A stretch of 64,000 nucleotides of DNA from Cyanophora paradoxa CCMP329 (taxonomy: Eukaryota; Plantae; Glaucophyta), in NCBI GenBank assembly GCA_004431415.1, contig QPMI01000601.1, positions 286,628 to 350,627 of the forward strand. Direction: 5' to 3'. Shown here one piece after another: positions 1 to 12,427 of this stretch; position 1 is the stretch's first letter, and every line of letters starts with the position of its first letter. The notes beneath the pieces were generated by a model. It saw only the letters and a program-made list of their open reading frames with translations. It searched no databases and was not told the origin of the DNA. A program made the translations under genes and the position numbers.

Positions 1-1501
1 CCGCCTCGGCGGGGGCAGGCGGCCCGCGGGCGCGAGCTGCACGGAGAAGAGCACAGAGGCCGAGAGGTCCGCCCTGCGGCGAGTTCGGGGGCGCCCGGCG
101 GGGCGGGGCGGGTGGGGCGGGGAAGGAGGCGCGCGCCTGCCGGGGCGCTCGCGGAGGGCGACGATGCGGGCGCGCTCGAGGCCCCAGCGCGCGGCGGCGA
201 GGGCGAGGAGGTTCCGAAGGGGCCACCCCGGGTTCCCCGGCAGCCCGCACGGGTCCGCGAAGCCCAGCAGCACCTGCGGGGGGGATCAGGGGGGGGGAGA
301 AGGGGGGCACCGGGGTACACGCTCGCCTCGTCGGCGTCGGCGAGGGCCGCGCGGGCGGAGAGGGGCTCCACGCTCAGCGCGCCCCCGCGCAGCGCGGCCT
401 GCGCGGGGCTCGCGGCGCCGCCGGGTGCAGGGGATGGGGGGAGCGCGCACGAGGAAGAACGGCGGGGGCACCCCGCCGGCCCCCGGCCCGCCCCCCGAGA
501 GGCCCCTGAGGCGGTCGTACCCCTCCCGCAGCTGCTCGACCTGCGCCGGCGGTGCGTTCGCGGGGGCGGGGCGGGCGGAGGGGTACGGGATCCCACGGCC
601 ACGGCCGCGCCTGGGCCGGGGAGAGGGCGGAGGAGAGGGGTACGGGGTCCGCGAAGTAGGCGGCGTCGGGGAGGTGGAGGAGGGCGGGGAAGCAGAACCA
701 GTAGTGGAAGCGCCAGTTCTGCCGGCGGCCCGCGTGGGCGCGGAGCGCGGGGGGTACGGGCGCGGGCGGGGGCACCTTGAGGTCGGCGTACGCGATTGCG
801 GCAAAGCGGTTGAGGCGAGAGGGCTCCGCGAGCGCCGCCCCGCTGTGGATGTCCTCCCAGACCTGGTCCCCCCGGCCGCGCTCAACAAGCAGCGCCGGCG
901 GCGCGTCCGGCTGGCGGTGGGCCTCGCCTGCGCCGCGGTGGACGCGAGGACGGCTGCCTTGTCCGCCGCCTTGAACTCCTCGTGGCTGTTGTAGTTCCGC
1001 AGCGTCCCGGGCGCCGCGAACTGGTATGCTGCGCCGGCGGTCCGTCAGAACGAGAGGCGCGCGGCCCGACCCGCTCTCTCTCGTACCAGGAGGCCGGACG
1101 GCATCTTTGCCATCGAGTTCCGTGTCAAGTGACTCCGCCGAGAGGCAGATGAGCGCGGGGGCATTCGCGCCCTTCCCCGCGTTCCCCGTCCCTGCGCGCG
1201 CTCAAAACGATCAGAATGGGCGCGTACGCGCTGTGTTGCTCTCGGCTGCCAAGCCTAACCCTCGGCAGACGCAGGCACGACGAGCGCACAGCGCCGGCGG
1301 GCGGCGCACCGAACGTAGCTACCAGCGGCCGCGCCTCATCGTTCAGGCGGTAGCGCTCAAGCTTCCGCTTGGCGAGCTCGCTCCAGAACCCGACGTCTAC
1401 GAAGCTGCTCCACGGTGCGACCTGCGCGTGCGAGCCGCATCCTCAGCAACTTTGCTTGCACGCCGGCGCCGCAGACGCGAGGCGCGGGCGACGACCTGCA
1501 T
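1..1501 (-). CDS. ATG7: Autophagy E1-like enzyme ATG7, N-terminal part (spliced; continues beyond window start)
   Basis: Spliced peptides MQ|VAPWSSFVDVGFWSELAKRKLERYRLND, GTLRNYNSHEEFKAADK, VWEDIHSGAALAEPSRLNRFAAIAYADLK|NWRFHYWFCFPAL and FADPCGLPGNPGWPLRNLL match the ATG7 N-terminal domain motifs (FWxELxxKKL, GTLxNxNT, FADLKKYxFYYWFxxPAL, DPxxxxxxPGWPLRN). Confidence 0.92.
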
Positions 1502-1749
1502 CGCGCGAATGTACCCCGCCACTTTGCAACACCCGGCTTTTTTTCGGTTGTGAAGCGGTGCTTGACAAGCCGCGCGCGCCGCGCCTCCGAGCGGAGCCTG
1601 ACTCTATTACCGCTATGCGCAGATCTTCGTTCTCAATGCGCGGCATAGGCGCGCTGGCCTCTGGCGCGGGCGCGGCCGACGCGCCGCGCCTGAGAAGCTT
1701 GGAGACCGTATCTGGCATGGGCGGTGATCGCATGGCCCGTATGGATCCT

Positions 1750-1793
1750 TCGTGGCGTCACGCCTATCCCCTCGTGGCGTCACGCCTATCCCC
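1750..1793. repeat. Perfect 22-bp tandem duplication (TCGTGGCGTCACGCCTATCCCC x2) in the divergent ATG7/orf2101 intergenic region
   Basis: Directly visible; each copy contains TGACG on the minus strand. Confidence 0.9.
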
Positions 1794-2100
1794 TAGGCCT
1801 CCGCGGTCAGATCGGCGCGGAGTCGCGCGCGGCCGCGGCGGCGCGGGCGTGTGCGCATGCCAGCTGGAGTCCGAGCGAAAGGAAGTAGCCTTTCAAACCC
1901 CAGCCGCGCGGCAGAGAGAGATCTTAGCCGCGCGCGCCCCCTCATAAAGAGCGGAGAGCGGTCAGACGCAGCTCATTCCTCGTTCGGCATCAGCGCCTCG
2001 GCCTCCTCAGCAGCAGCAGCAGCGCCAGTCCCTCGGCCTTCCGCAAGCAGCCGCGCTCGCCCCGCGCCCAGCCGAGAGCGCCGCAAGCCCGCCAGCAGCC

Positions 2101-2637
2101 ATGGCCGTCGTTGATGTGCTCCCGATCGAAGGCGCCTTCGCCGGGCTCGCCTCGGCGCGCTCCCGCAGCTCCCGCGCCCTCCCGGCGTGCGCCGCGGAGG
2201 CGCCGGCCCCCGCCTGCCCCGGGAAGAAGCGCCTCTCGGCGCCCGTGATGCCGGCCGCCAAGCGCGGCAAGGAGAACGCCGACAGCAACGCCCCCGCCGC
2301 CCCCGCCCCCGCCGACGACGCCTGCCCCGCCCCTCGCCCGCCCGCACCCTCCGCCTCGCCTCGGCGCCGGCCCCGCGCCGAGCCCGGCGCCTGCGGCCGG
2401 GCGGGGGCGCTCAGCCTGGCGGAGCTCGCGGCGGCGCTCGCGGCGATCGCCGCCGCGCCGGCGGAGGCGGAGGCGGAGGAGGCGGAGCTCGCGGCCTTCG
2501 AGTGGGGCGCCCCGGCCCCGGCGCCCCGCCCCGCCCTCTTCGCCCCCGTCGGCGCCGCCCAGCGCCTCGCCGCCCGGCGCGCCTTCTGCCCCGAGCGCAT
2601 GTTCGGCTCCGCCGCCCCCGCCGTCCTCGCCTGCTAG
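2101..2637 (+). CDS. Hypothetical 178-aa single-exon protein with a basic NLS-like patch and a KEN box
   Basis: ATG in GCC-ATG-G context, GC3-rich codons, sequence KKRLSAPVMPAAKRGKENADSN, followed by an AT-richer 3' region. No family recognised. Confidence 0.55.
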   Translation: MAVVDVLPIEGAFAGLASARSRSSRALPACAAEAPAPACPGKKRLSAPVMPAAKRGKENADSNAPAAPAPADDACPAPRPPAPSASPRRRPRAEPGACGRAGALSLAELAAALAAIAAAPAEAEAEEAELAAFEWGAPAPAPRPALFAPVGAAQRLAARRAFCPERMFGSAAPAVLAC

Positions 2638-3198
2638 CCCCGCCGCCCGCCGCCCGCCGCCCCGCCTCGAATCGCTCGCATCGCTAGTGCCCCCCTCCTG
2701 CCCGGGGGATCCTGTAGTTCGCCTTCGCCCGCCGTCCCGTGGACTGTACAATGCTTCCTGCATCCTCGACCTCCGCCCGTCGCCCGCTTGCGGGTCTCCC
2801 CGCAGTCTATCCCAGCGCGCGCCTTACGCAGTTAGATTTTGAACGCATAATAGCCCTGATCACGATGCGATTAGTTTAATCAACTCTGTGCAGTATTCTC
2901 GATGTATTGATTACTTGATCTAAAGAAAGTTAAGTATCATGGTATGCGTCAATCCGTACACGAACGCGCTTGAGTTGCAGCCCTAGTCTGAAGGTGGCCA
3001 TGGGCCGAGCGATAGGGACATCGATGGGAATTCGAGAGGTGGGATGAGCAGGGGCCCGGGGCGGGAAGAGGTGCAATAGACACTCCGCACGGCGCAGCTG
3101 TGCCAGCGCTCTTCCAGGGGTGGAGTAAGGGGGCTGGCCCTGCGGCAGAGGTCGCCGCGGGGCGGGTGGGAGGGCGGGGCGGGGGGCGCGGGGCCGCC

Positions 3199-5706
3199 TC
3201 AGTCGTCCCCGCCGAAGATGTCCCAGAGGGTCCCGAGGAGGCCCCGGCCGCCCTCCTCGTCGCCCCCGCCGCCCCCCGCGCCCCCGCCCTCCCCGCCGTC
3301 CTCCCCCCACGGGTCCTCGAACACCGGCTCCTGCGGGAACGCCTCGGGGTCCGCCGGTACCCCCCCGTCCGGCTGCGCCCCGGGGGCCTCCGGGCCCGGC
3401 CCCGGCGGCTTCTGGCCCGGCTCGAGGTCGGGGGTGGGCACGGGGGTCGGGATGGGGGCGCCCCCGCCGCCGCCCCCGCCCGGGATGGGTATCGGCATGA
3501 GCCAGGGCATCATGCTGGGGAGGGCGGATCAGTCGGGGGAGGGAAGAGGCGCGGCGGAGGGGAATCGCGTACCCGGGACCGCCGCTGGTCTTGGAGAAGT
3601 AGTCCTGGGGGCGCACGCGTCAGCAAGGCGGCGACGCTGCGGGACCTGCGGCGAAGGCGAGGGCGCACGAAGTCGATGGTGATGGCCGTCGCTGGGGCGG
3701 CGGGGCCGGTCAGGCGGGGGCGGGGCGGAGAAGGGGCACGGGGACGGACCGAGGATGACGGCGCGCTTGTCGAGGTTGAGGGGCCCCCGCGCGGGGGGCG
3801 GCCGCACGGGCACCAGGCTGGTCGAGGCGGCGCCGGCCCCGGGGGCAGCGGCCGGGGCGGAGGCGGCGGCGAGGGCGGCGGCGCGGTCGGGCGGGGGCGG
3901 CGGGGGCTCCTCGAAGCGGGAAGGGTCCATCCGCACGATGTACTGGTTCCCGTCCGTGAAGAGCTGCCCGCCGCCCCCGCCCCCGCCCGTCGGCGCCGGG
4001 AGAAAGGGCGGGGGCGGGCGGGCCGGCGGGCAGGGGCCCGGGGGGGCGCACCTCGCGAGCCCAGCCGGTGAAGTTCTTGTCGACGGCCGCCACCTTGTGC
4101 CCGTGCTCGTCCACCACCTGCGCCCGCCCCGGCCCCGCACCCGCCTCAGAGGGCGCCTGGAGCTAAGGCCGCCCCGCCCGGCCCGGCGCACGTCGAACTC
4201 CCAGGCGAGGGTCGGCGCGTCGATCTTCCCGAACTGCGTCTGCGGGGCGGAGGGGAGGGCGTCAGCGCCGGCGCGGCGGCATGGCCGGGGGCGGGGGGCG
4301 GGAGGGGGCGGGCGGGCGGGGGGGCACCTTGCCCCAGAAGAGCTCGTACTTGCGCCGCAGGAGCGTCAGCTGCTCGTGCACCTGCCCCCGCCCCCGCCTC
4401 GGCCCCGGCCCCCTCCGAGCTCGGGGCGGGGCGGGCGGGGCCGGGGTACGGACCTCGCCGACGAGGTTGCCCTGCGGGTCCTCGACGTAGAGGCTCGAGC
4501 TCGCGATGTAGAACGGCCTACCCCGCCCGGCTCGGTCCGGCCGGGGGTACGCCAAACCGGGCGGGGCCGGGGTGCGCGTGGGGCGGACCGGCGGACGACG
4601 AAGACGACGCTGCCGTGGGCGTCGAAGACCGTGATCCGCGCGTCCCGGTGCGTCTGGTCGGAAGGAAGAGCCTGAGCGTTCGGCGTACCCCCACGAAAAG
4701 TTGGTACCTTGAGGACGTTGCGGGCGACGGCCCGCGCGAAGCCGCCCTCCTCCGCCATGTACCTGCGGGATCGGGTTCGAATCCGCGCCGGGAGGTTCTG
4801 CGGGGGGAGGGAGCGGACCCGATGACGTGGCCGGACTCGTTGCGAATGTCGTACTTGTTCGCCTGTACCCCGGCGTCAGGGTCGGGGGGCGAGTGGGCGG
4901 TAGGATTCGGAGGCGCGCCTGCTCGAAGCCCGCGATGATATTCCCCCATTCCAGCCGGCGAGTCACAATCTTACGGCGGCTACAGTCAGCGGCTGCGCTC
5001 GCGCCGGATCCGGCGCCTCCAGGCCGGCGCCGGGCATCGCGGGGGGCCGCGGCGGGGCCGGGGGGCGCGGGCAGGGGCGGACCAGCGCGGGGTGGTGCAG
5101 CACGAGGCCGGTCGATTGCGAGTCGGGAAGAACGGCGCCAACTGCGCACGTGGCGGCGCAGGGCCGGTGAGAAGCAGCGGCGCGCGCGCGCGCGCGTGTT
5201 GCGCTTGAGAGGGGTCACCGAGGCCGGACGGGAATGGCGGCGGGATGAAGGGCCCAATCGGCGTCGGCAAGTGGCTTCTTCCCTCGGGGGGGCCGACGTT
5301 AAGCGGGCTGGGAGGAGGAGGAAGGTTCGAGTGGACGACGTCAGGCGGAGGGGCGGGCGGGCCAGCGGCTGCAGGCGGCGGCGCTGGACGCTGCGACACG
5401 CCGAGCTTCGGCATCCAGTATTTCTTCTTCGGAGCCTCCGGCGGCGGCGCGCCGTCCGACGCTGGCGGCGTGCGCTCAATGGCGCGCCAGTTCAGCGCTC
5501 AATGGCGCGCGCGCAGCCGGCCGCGAGCGCCGGGAGCGCGTACCGTAACTGCGCACGCAGGAAGCCGAAGGCAGGCGCCCAAGGCGAAGCGCCCGGACAC
5601 CGGCGAAGTTTACGGCGCCACCGCTCGCTGAAAGAGAGGCGGCGGGTCGTAGTCGCCTTAGCGAGCTGAGCGCCGCCCTCCGGAGGGCGAGCGACGCCCG
5701 AATCAT
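3199..5706 (-). CDS. AIM25: Mitochondrial scramblase-family protein (AIM25-like), spliced
   Basis: Arg/Ala/Leu/Ser-rich presequence MIRASLALRRAALSSLRRL; core IVTRRLEWGNIIAGFEQ|ANKY, VVFVVRRPFY, LLRRKYELF, LFTDGNQYIVR, LDKRAVIL..AITIDF|DYFS, as in AIM25 and plant scramblase-related proteins; acidic Gly-rich tail ending LWDIFGGDD*. Confidence 0.85.
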
Positions 5707-6248
5707 GGCGCTGGTTAAAAGTCAAGCGGCTCAAGCCGATGTCCTGGGTAGAGGAGTTATGACGAATTGACGGGTTCGACTCCCTGTCGACTTCGTTGTT
5801 ACATTCCGCTGCCTCCGCCGGAGGGCCTGCTGGGAGCGCCAAGGGTTTTCCCGAGGATTTCAGACCTTGGTGACGCAGCTGCGAATCTACCAGCTTGCCT
5901 CTCGGCGGGTCCGGACGTGCGCTCGAAAGCGAGCGGCCGTCCGAGGGCGGGCGGCGCTCTTTCTCGACTTTGAAGCCTTTCTGGAGTCAGCGGTTGGGAC
6001 ATTGCTCCAGCGAACTTCGCCCTCGCGATGGCCGGCGAACTTCGCTTCGTCGAACTGAGGAAGCCGGCGGACGCCCCGGCGGTGCGCGGGCCCCTCGCTG
6101 GGCCTTGCTGGCGCGTATTTACCACGCTGAGAGACTCGTGCAGGGATCCGTGGCGCTTTGGCTAGGCGCCGATGCTAGCTCGGCCGACGCTGTGATTGGC
6201 GTCGGCCGTGTGAGCCGCAACGACATTGAGGCCCCGTCGCTCGGCCGG

Positions 6249-9200
6249 ATGATTCGCCTTGAGTTGTTCGGAAATTCACATCCCGACGGGACGCGCCGGC
6301 GGCCGCCGAGCCTCCCGTCGGTGGAGCAGGTCCGTCCGCGCCATGGCCGCGCCTCCGCGATGACGCGCGGGGCTCACGGGCGCGCGTTCGTCCAGGTCTT
6401 CAAAGAGAGCGCGGGGGAGTCCCGCGGGCCCGTGGTCGACGTGCTCTCCGACGAGGTGATGCTCGGGACGCGGCCCAGCGGCGGACCGGCGGCGGCCACC
6501 AACGAGCTCCTCCGCCAGCTCAACGTGCGCGCGCCGCCCGCCGCGCGCATCTCTCTATGCGCGCCGACGACGCCTCCCGCGCCAGGACGCGCTCTCGAGG
6601 CACGAGGTCCGCATCCAGGCGCTCCGGACGGGCCGCAGCGTGACCGTCTCCAGCGGTGCGCTCCCTCATTCAGTGCCGCCGCGGCATTCTCCCGAACCGT
6701 CCTCGCAGGCTCCCACGGGGCGCGGCCGGCGGATCAGCGCGTCCCGACGCCCGAGCTGTGCGCCCCGCGGCGACTCCGGCTGGGGCGCGGCGAGCGCTGA
6801 CGCGGGGCCGGCAGGCCGGTGCCGATCCGGGAGGACTCGGAGGAGGGCGTGCCGCAGCTGGAGTCGGCCTCGAGCCCCGAGGTGTGCCCCACGGAGAACG
6901 AGAGCGACGGGTGCGCGCCCCGCCCCGCGCCGCCCCCCGCGCCCCGCGCCGATGGCCCGGCCGCGCGCAGGGCGACGAGGCCGGAGCCGGCGCCCCCCAC
7001 GCCGAGGCTGCCGCGGTGCGCTGGGTGGGGCGCGCCGCGCGCCGCCGTGCGGGGCCGAGCGGGGCCGGGGCGGGGCGCAGCGGGCGGTGGGCGAGGCGCT
7101 GCTCTCCAAGTCGGCGCAGGCGAAGATGATGGCCCGCCGCGTCGCCGGCCTCCCCGCCGCCGACCTCCTCCTCTTCCCGGTACCCCGCCCGCCCCCTCCC
7201 CCGCGCTTTCGCCGCCAACGCCGAGCGGGCCGGCAGGCGGTGCGGGAGGCGTCGCGGGCGGCGGACGCGGCGCAGCTTCGTTCGCTGCTCGAGGCGCACG
7301 TCGCAGCGGGCGGACGACTCGTCGCGACCGTGCGGCACCCCCAATGCCCGCGCGCCGCGCGGGGCGCCGACGCGCGGGCCGCAGTTGGCGACCGCCGCCT
7401 CGTCGGAGCCGCTGTTCCGCGTGCCGCCGGCCGCAGAGGCGCCCAGGCGGGGCCGCGGCCGCCCCCGCAAGACCCGGGGCCGGACGGGTCGGCCTCGCCC
7501 CCAAGGCCGAGGAGCGCGCCCCGGAGCCGGCGCCGCCCGCCAAGCGCCGCGGGCGGCCCCGAAGGACGGGCGGGGCGGGGCGGCGCGCCGCCCGCCCCTG
7601 CCCCGACCTCGCCCGGGCCTCGGCCCCGCACTCCCCGAGCCCGAGCCCGAGTCCGACACCTCCCCGCCCCGCGGCCGGGCCGGGCCGTGGCCGGAGCCGC
7701 TCCCCGGGCGATCCCCAACGCGGGCATCCCGGGGCGGGGAGGCCGGGGCGGCCGGGCCGGGGCCGGGCCGGGGCCGGGGCCGGGGCGGGGCGGGGTCGGG
7801 GGCGGCGGAGGATGGGCGGCGTCGGGGGCGGAGGAGCGGCGGGGCAAGCGGGCGCGGCGGGCGCGGGCGGAGTCGGGGTCGGGGTCGGAGGGGGAGGCGG
7901 GGCGGGGGCCGCTGGACCCGCCGGGGTCGCCCCCGCTGGAGAGCACGTGGGAGGACGACCCGGCCGGCATCGAGGACGTCGTCCGCCGCATCCCCGTCGG
8001 TGGGCCCGCCCCGCCCTGCAGCCCCGGCGCCCCGGCGCCCCCGCCCTCTCCTCCTCCCCGGCCCTGACGGGCCGCGCGCAGCGCAAGTGAACAAGATCCT
8101 GGAGCGGGCGGCGATCATGAAGTGCTCCCTCGAGAAGCTATACCGCCACCTCAAGAACGCCCGCGGCGCCGAGTCGGTCCGCCCGCGCCGCCCCCGGCGC
8201 CCCCGCTCCTCCTCCTCTGCCCCGCGCCGCCCGACGCGCGCCGGGCCGCCCGAGCAGCAGGAGCTGCTGCGCTTCGAGGGCCGCGAGCTCACCGAGGCGC
8301 GCCCCGCCCGCGCGCGGGAGGCCCCGCCCCGGCCCCGCCCCTTCCTGACGGGCTCGCAGCGGGAGTTCTTCGCGATCCGCGGGCGCTACGAGGTGGAGGC
8401 CGTCGTCGACTTCGACGCCACCACCGTGCGCGCCCCGCCCCCGCCCTCGGCAGAGTCCTCTTGAGGGCAGAGGCGAGGCTGACGCGGAGCTCTCTTCTTC
8501 TTCCCGCGAAGGGCCTCTACCTGGTCAAGTGGGCGGGGTACCCCGACTCGGACAACACGTGGGAGCCGGTGAAGAACCTCCGCGACTGCTGGCACTTCGT
8601 CGAGCGCTTCGCGGTACCCCTCGAGACTCCCCGCCTCGCCCTTGCCTCCCCCGCTGAGCCCCGGCGGCAGCAAGCGACCGGGAAGGCGGTGGGGCCCCGG
8701 CCGCGGCCCAGCTCGGCCCCGCGGATGAGCGCGGTGCGCCCGTTCCCGCCCCCGTGTCGCCCTCGCTCGCGGCTGGGCGCTCAGCGGCGCGGCAGAAGGC
8801 GAAGGCGATGGCGGAGGGGGCGGCGGCGGGCGGGGCGGCGGCCCCGCGGCCGCGGCGGCCGCGGCGGGCCAGCAGCCCTCGCCCCGCCGCGGGGGCGCGC
8901 CAAGGTGGTGGGCCCCGCCCCCGCCCCCGCCCCGCGCCCGCGCCCGCCCCGCTCGCGCCCGCCCTCCCGCCCTGACGGCGCGCGCCGCAGGAGGAGTCGG
9001 GCTCGAGCGCGCCCTCCTCCTCGCCCGCCTCGCCCCTGCCCGCCCCCCGCGCCCCCGGCCCCCGCCCCTCCTGGCCCCCGCCCCCTACCCCGCCGCAATG
9101 TCCGCGGCGGCGCCGGCGGCGGCGGCGGCGTCGCCGCGGACGGGGGCGGGGGCCCACGGGCTCGCCCCGGCGACCCGCCGCGTGACCCTCTCCATCGACC

Positions 9201-9371
9201 TCGTCGTGCCCCCCGAGGCGCCCGCCGCCGCCCCGCGCCCCCGCGGCCCACCGTACCCCCCCTGACCCCGGGGCCTAGGTGACGGACGAGGAGCTGGCGC
9301 GGACGGCGCGGCGGGCGTACGGCAAGGCCTGCGTCAAGGTCACCAAGCGGCGCAGCCCCGACGCCGCCTGA
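6249..9371 (+). CDS. Chromodomain + AT-hook chromatin protein (spliced; start uncertain)
   Basis: AT-hooks RRGRGRPRK and KRRGRPRR (about 7447-7565); chromodomain YEVEAVVDFDATT|GLYLVKWAGYPDSDNTWEPVKNLRDCWHFVERF (8387-8610) with the Y/W/Y cage; last exon ends KRRSPDAA*. Confidence 0.75.
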
Positions 9372-9605
9372 TCATGAGCGCGCGGGATCCGGAGCCCCGG
9401 CGCCCGCCCCCGCGCTCGCTCGACGCCCCCGCGCTTCTGTATCTGTGCTCAATTTCGACTACTTAGCTCACAAACTGTACACGAGTTTACAGGGCGAAGC
9501 TATCTAGCTACAGTACACGATTTTACAGTACAGGGGGTGCTAATTTACCGTACAGGGGGTGGCCGGCTGACGCCGGCGCCGGGCCCGGCCCCGCGGGTCG
9601 GGGGG

Positions 9606-12084
9606 CTACTCGGTCTCCTTGAAGAGCTCGCGGCCGATGAGCATGCGCCGGATCTCGCTCGTCCCCGCGCCTGCCCGATCGCGATCAGCTAGCAGAGACT
9701 CGGGCAAGCGGGCCGGGAACGGCACCGATCTCGTAGAGCTTGGCGTCGCGCAGGAGGCGGCCCGTCGGGTACTCGTTGATGTACCCGTTGCCCCCTGCCC
9801 CGCCCCCCGTCAGCTCGGGGGGCGCGGGGCCGGGCTGGGGCGGGCGGCGTCAGCTCGCCGAGGCACTGGATGGCCTGCAGCGCCACCTGCGTGCCGTTCT
9901 CCGCGGAGAGCAGGATGGCCGCCGCGCAGTCCTAAGGGGGTACGCGTTAGTCGGGGGCCGAGGGATGGGTGCCGGTGGGTGGGCGGGGGGTACCTTGCGG
10001 TCGATGCGCCCCTCGTCGCAAGCGCGCGCGACGGCGTACACGAACGCCCGCGTCGACTGCGGCGAAAGCTTGGGGATTGGGGGAGGATGGGGGCGAGGGG
10101 GGGTAGGGGGCGGGGGGACCTGGAGCGTGACGTACATGTCGGCGAGCTTGCCCTGCATCAGCTGCGCCCGCGCCCAGCGTCGAAAACAAGCGGCCGGGGC
10201 CCCGAAGCGGGCGTGCCTGGAAGGTGCCGATGGGCTGGCCGAACTGGCGGCGCTCGTGCACGTACGGGAGCACGGCGTCCATCGCCGCCTGCATCAGCCT
10301 GCGCCGCTCGACGCGCTCAGGCGAGGACGACGGGGGAAGGGAAGGGGCAGCGGGGCGCGCCCGAGGGGCCCGGCGGCGAGGACGGCGCGCTCGACGTCGA
10401 GGCCGGACATGAGCACGCGCGCCCCGCCGTCCAACTCCCCCAGCACGTTCTCCCCTGCCAGAGGGCGAGGCTCGGCCCAGGCCGCGGCAGGGCGGGGGCC
10501 GCGGGGCGGGGCGGGCGCACGGGGGACCTCGCAGTCCTCGAAGACGAGCTCGCAGGTGTTGGAGCCCCGCATGCCGAGCTTGTCCAGCTTCTGCGCCGTG
10601 CTGAAGCCCCGCATCCCCTGCCCCAGGCGGCGGTGAGGAGCAGAGGGGAGGGCGGAGAGGCGAGGGGGGCGCGACCTTCTCGACGAGGAAGGCGGTGATG
10701 CCCTTCGCGCCGCGCTCCGGCGCCGTCTTCGCGTACACCACCAGCACGTCCGCTGCCCCGAAAGGTTGGGGGGACGGGGGGGGGGCGAAGAGAGGGGTAG
10801 GGGAGGGGTAAGGGAGGGGTAGGCACCATCGGGCCCGTTCGTGATCCACTGCGGGAGAGGAGCGTGGCGCCGATCAAATCGCGATCGGTTTTGAGATGGG
10901 AAAAGGGGAATGGAGAGGGGACGGACCATCTTGGAGCCGTTCAGAACGAAGGAGTCGCCCCTGCTCGGAAGGGCGTGGTGTGAGGCTCGGAGGAGCGGGG
11001 CGGGGCCGGGGGAGGGGGCGGGCCTGGGGCGGGCGGTGGTGGCCATGGCGACGACGTCGGACCCCGCGCCGGGCTCGCTCATCGCCAGCGCCCCCACCCG
11101 CTCCCCGCTCACCAGCCCCGGCAGGTACCTGCGCCCCGCGCGTAACGGGGGGGCACGTGCGTCGCTGCGGGCGCGCACCGCCGCTTCTGGTCCTCGTTGC
11201 CGTTCCGGACGATCTGGTTCACGCAGAGATTCGAGTGCGCCCCTGCGGGGCGTCGGCACGGCAGAAAGCTGGGCCGTGGGGCGGGCCCGGGGGGGTACCG
11301 TAGGAGAGGCCGACGGAGCCGGACGCGCGTGAGATCTCCTCCAGGGCCACGCTGCCCGCCCGCCCGGCCCCGGCCTCAGCCCAGCGCCCGGGCCGCATCG
11401 GACGCGCATCGGACGCGCGGCGGGCACCAGTGCTCGAGGTAGCCCATGCCGAGCCCTCCGAACGAGGCTGCCGCAGGACGCGCGCGGGCGGCGTGAGCGG
11501 AGCGCTATCGCGGAGCGCGCGACGGCGGAGCGGCGCGAGGGGCGCGCACGCGGCGCCGTGATGCCGAGGACGCCGAGGTTGCCGAGCTCCCGCCACAGGT
11601 GCTGCGCAGCGCCGCGGCGCGGCGCGGCCCCTTCAGACTCGCGGAGCTCGAGGGCATGGCTCGTTGGGGACTCGTACGCCGGGGAACTCGTTCTTGCGAT
11701 CGATCTCGGCCGCCAGAGGTGCGATCCGCTCTGCCGCGAACTTGCTCACTGTTCGAACGATTGGCACACGGTGAGCCAGCTGCAGCGATATCGATATCGA
11801 TGAGCGCTAGCTTGGAGCGGAAAGGGCGCACCGGTCTCGCGGAGCTCGAGCTGATTTTCGGTAAGCCCGCCGACGCTGCCGGGATAACCCGCGCCGTGCG
11901 CGTCAGCGGAGGGCAGCTGCAGCTGCATGCATATGCGCAGGCCTAGGGGCGCGCGCGCTGCTGCGGCTGGCGACAGCACCCACCTGTCCTTAACGGACCT
12001 CGCGTGGAAGAGTCGACGCAGACCGTACGACCGCCGCATTAGCGGCGCGCACCGGCCGAGGGCGCCTATAGCGAGCTGCAGCAT
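9606..12084 (-). CDS. IVD: Isovaleryl-CoA dehydrogenase, mitochondrial (spliced)
   Basis: Presequence followed by [89 protein letters not shown]|[49 protein letters not shown]. Confidence 0.95.
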
Positions 12085-12427
12085 GTCTCCGCCGGTCAGA
12101 GAACCAGATCGGCCTGGCGCTGCGCTGTCGGAGAATACCGCTTGTGGACCGCTTGAATAGCTCGGCGCGCTCCGCGTATGCTTCGCGCGCCGGCGCGACA
12201 GCGGGCTGCTCTATCTGGCTTTGCCGGCGAAGCTCGGCGGGCGGTGCGGCAGTGAGCAGATCGTCGCAAAATGGCGGCCCGCGCGTCGCTCGAGCGTCGG
12301 AAGACTGGATCCGGAGACGACGAACCGCTTATAAGGTCAATATTTTTGGGGTACGGGAGTGGGCCGGTGAAACGCGTCTACCCCCAGAACGCGAGGCGAA
12401 CGTGGGGTGAGTGCGCGGGCTTCGAGG

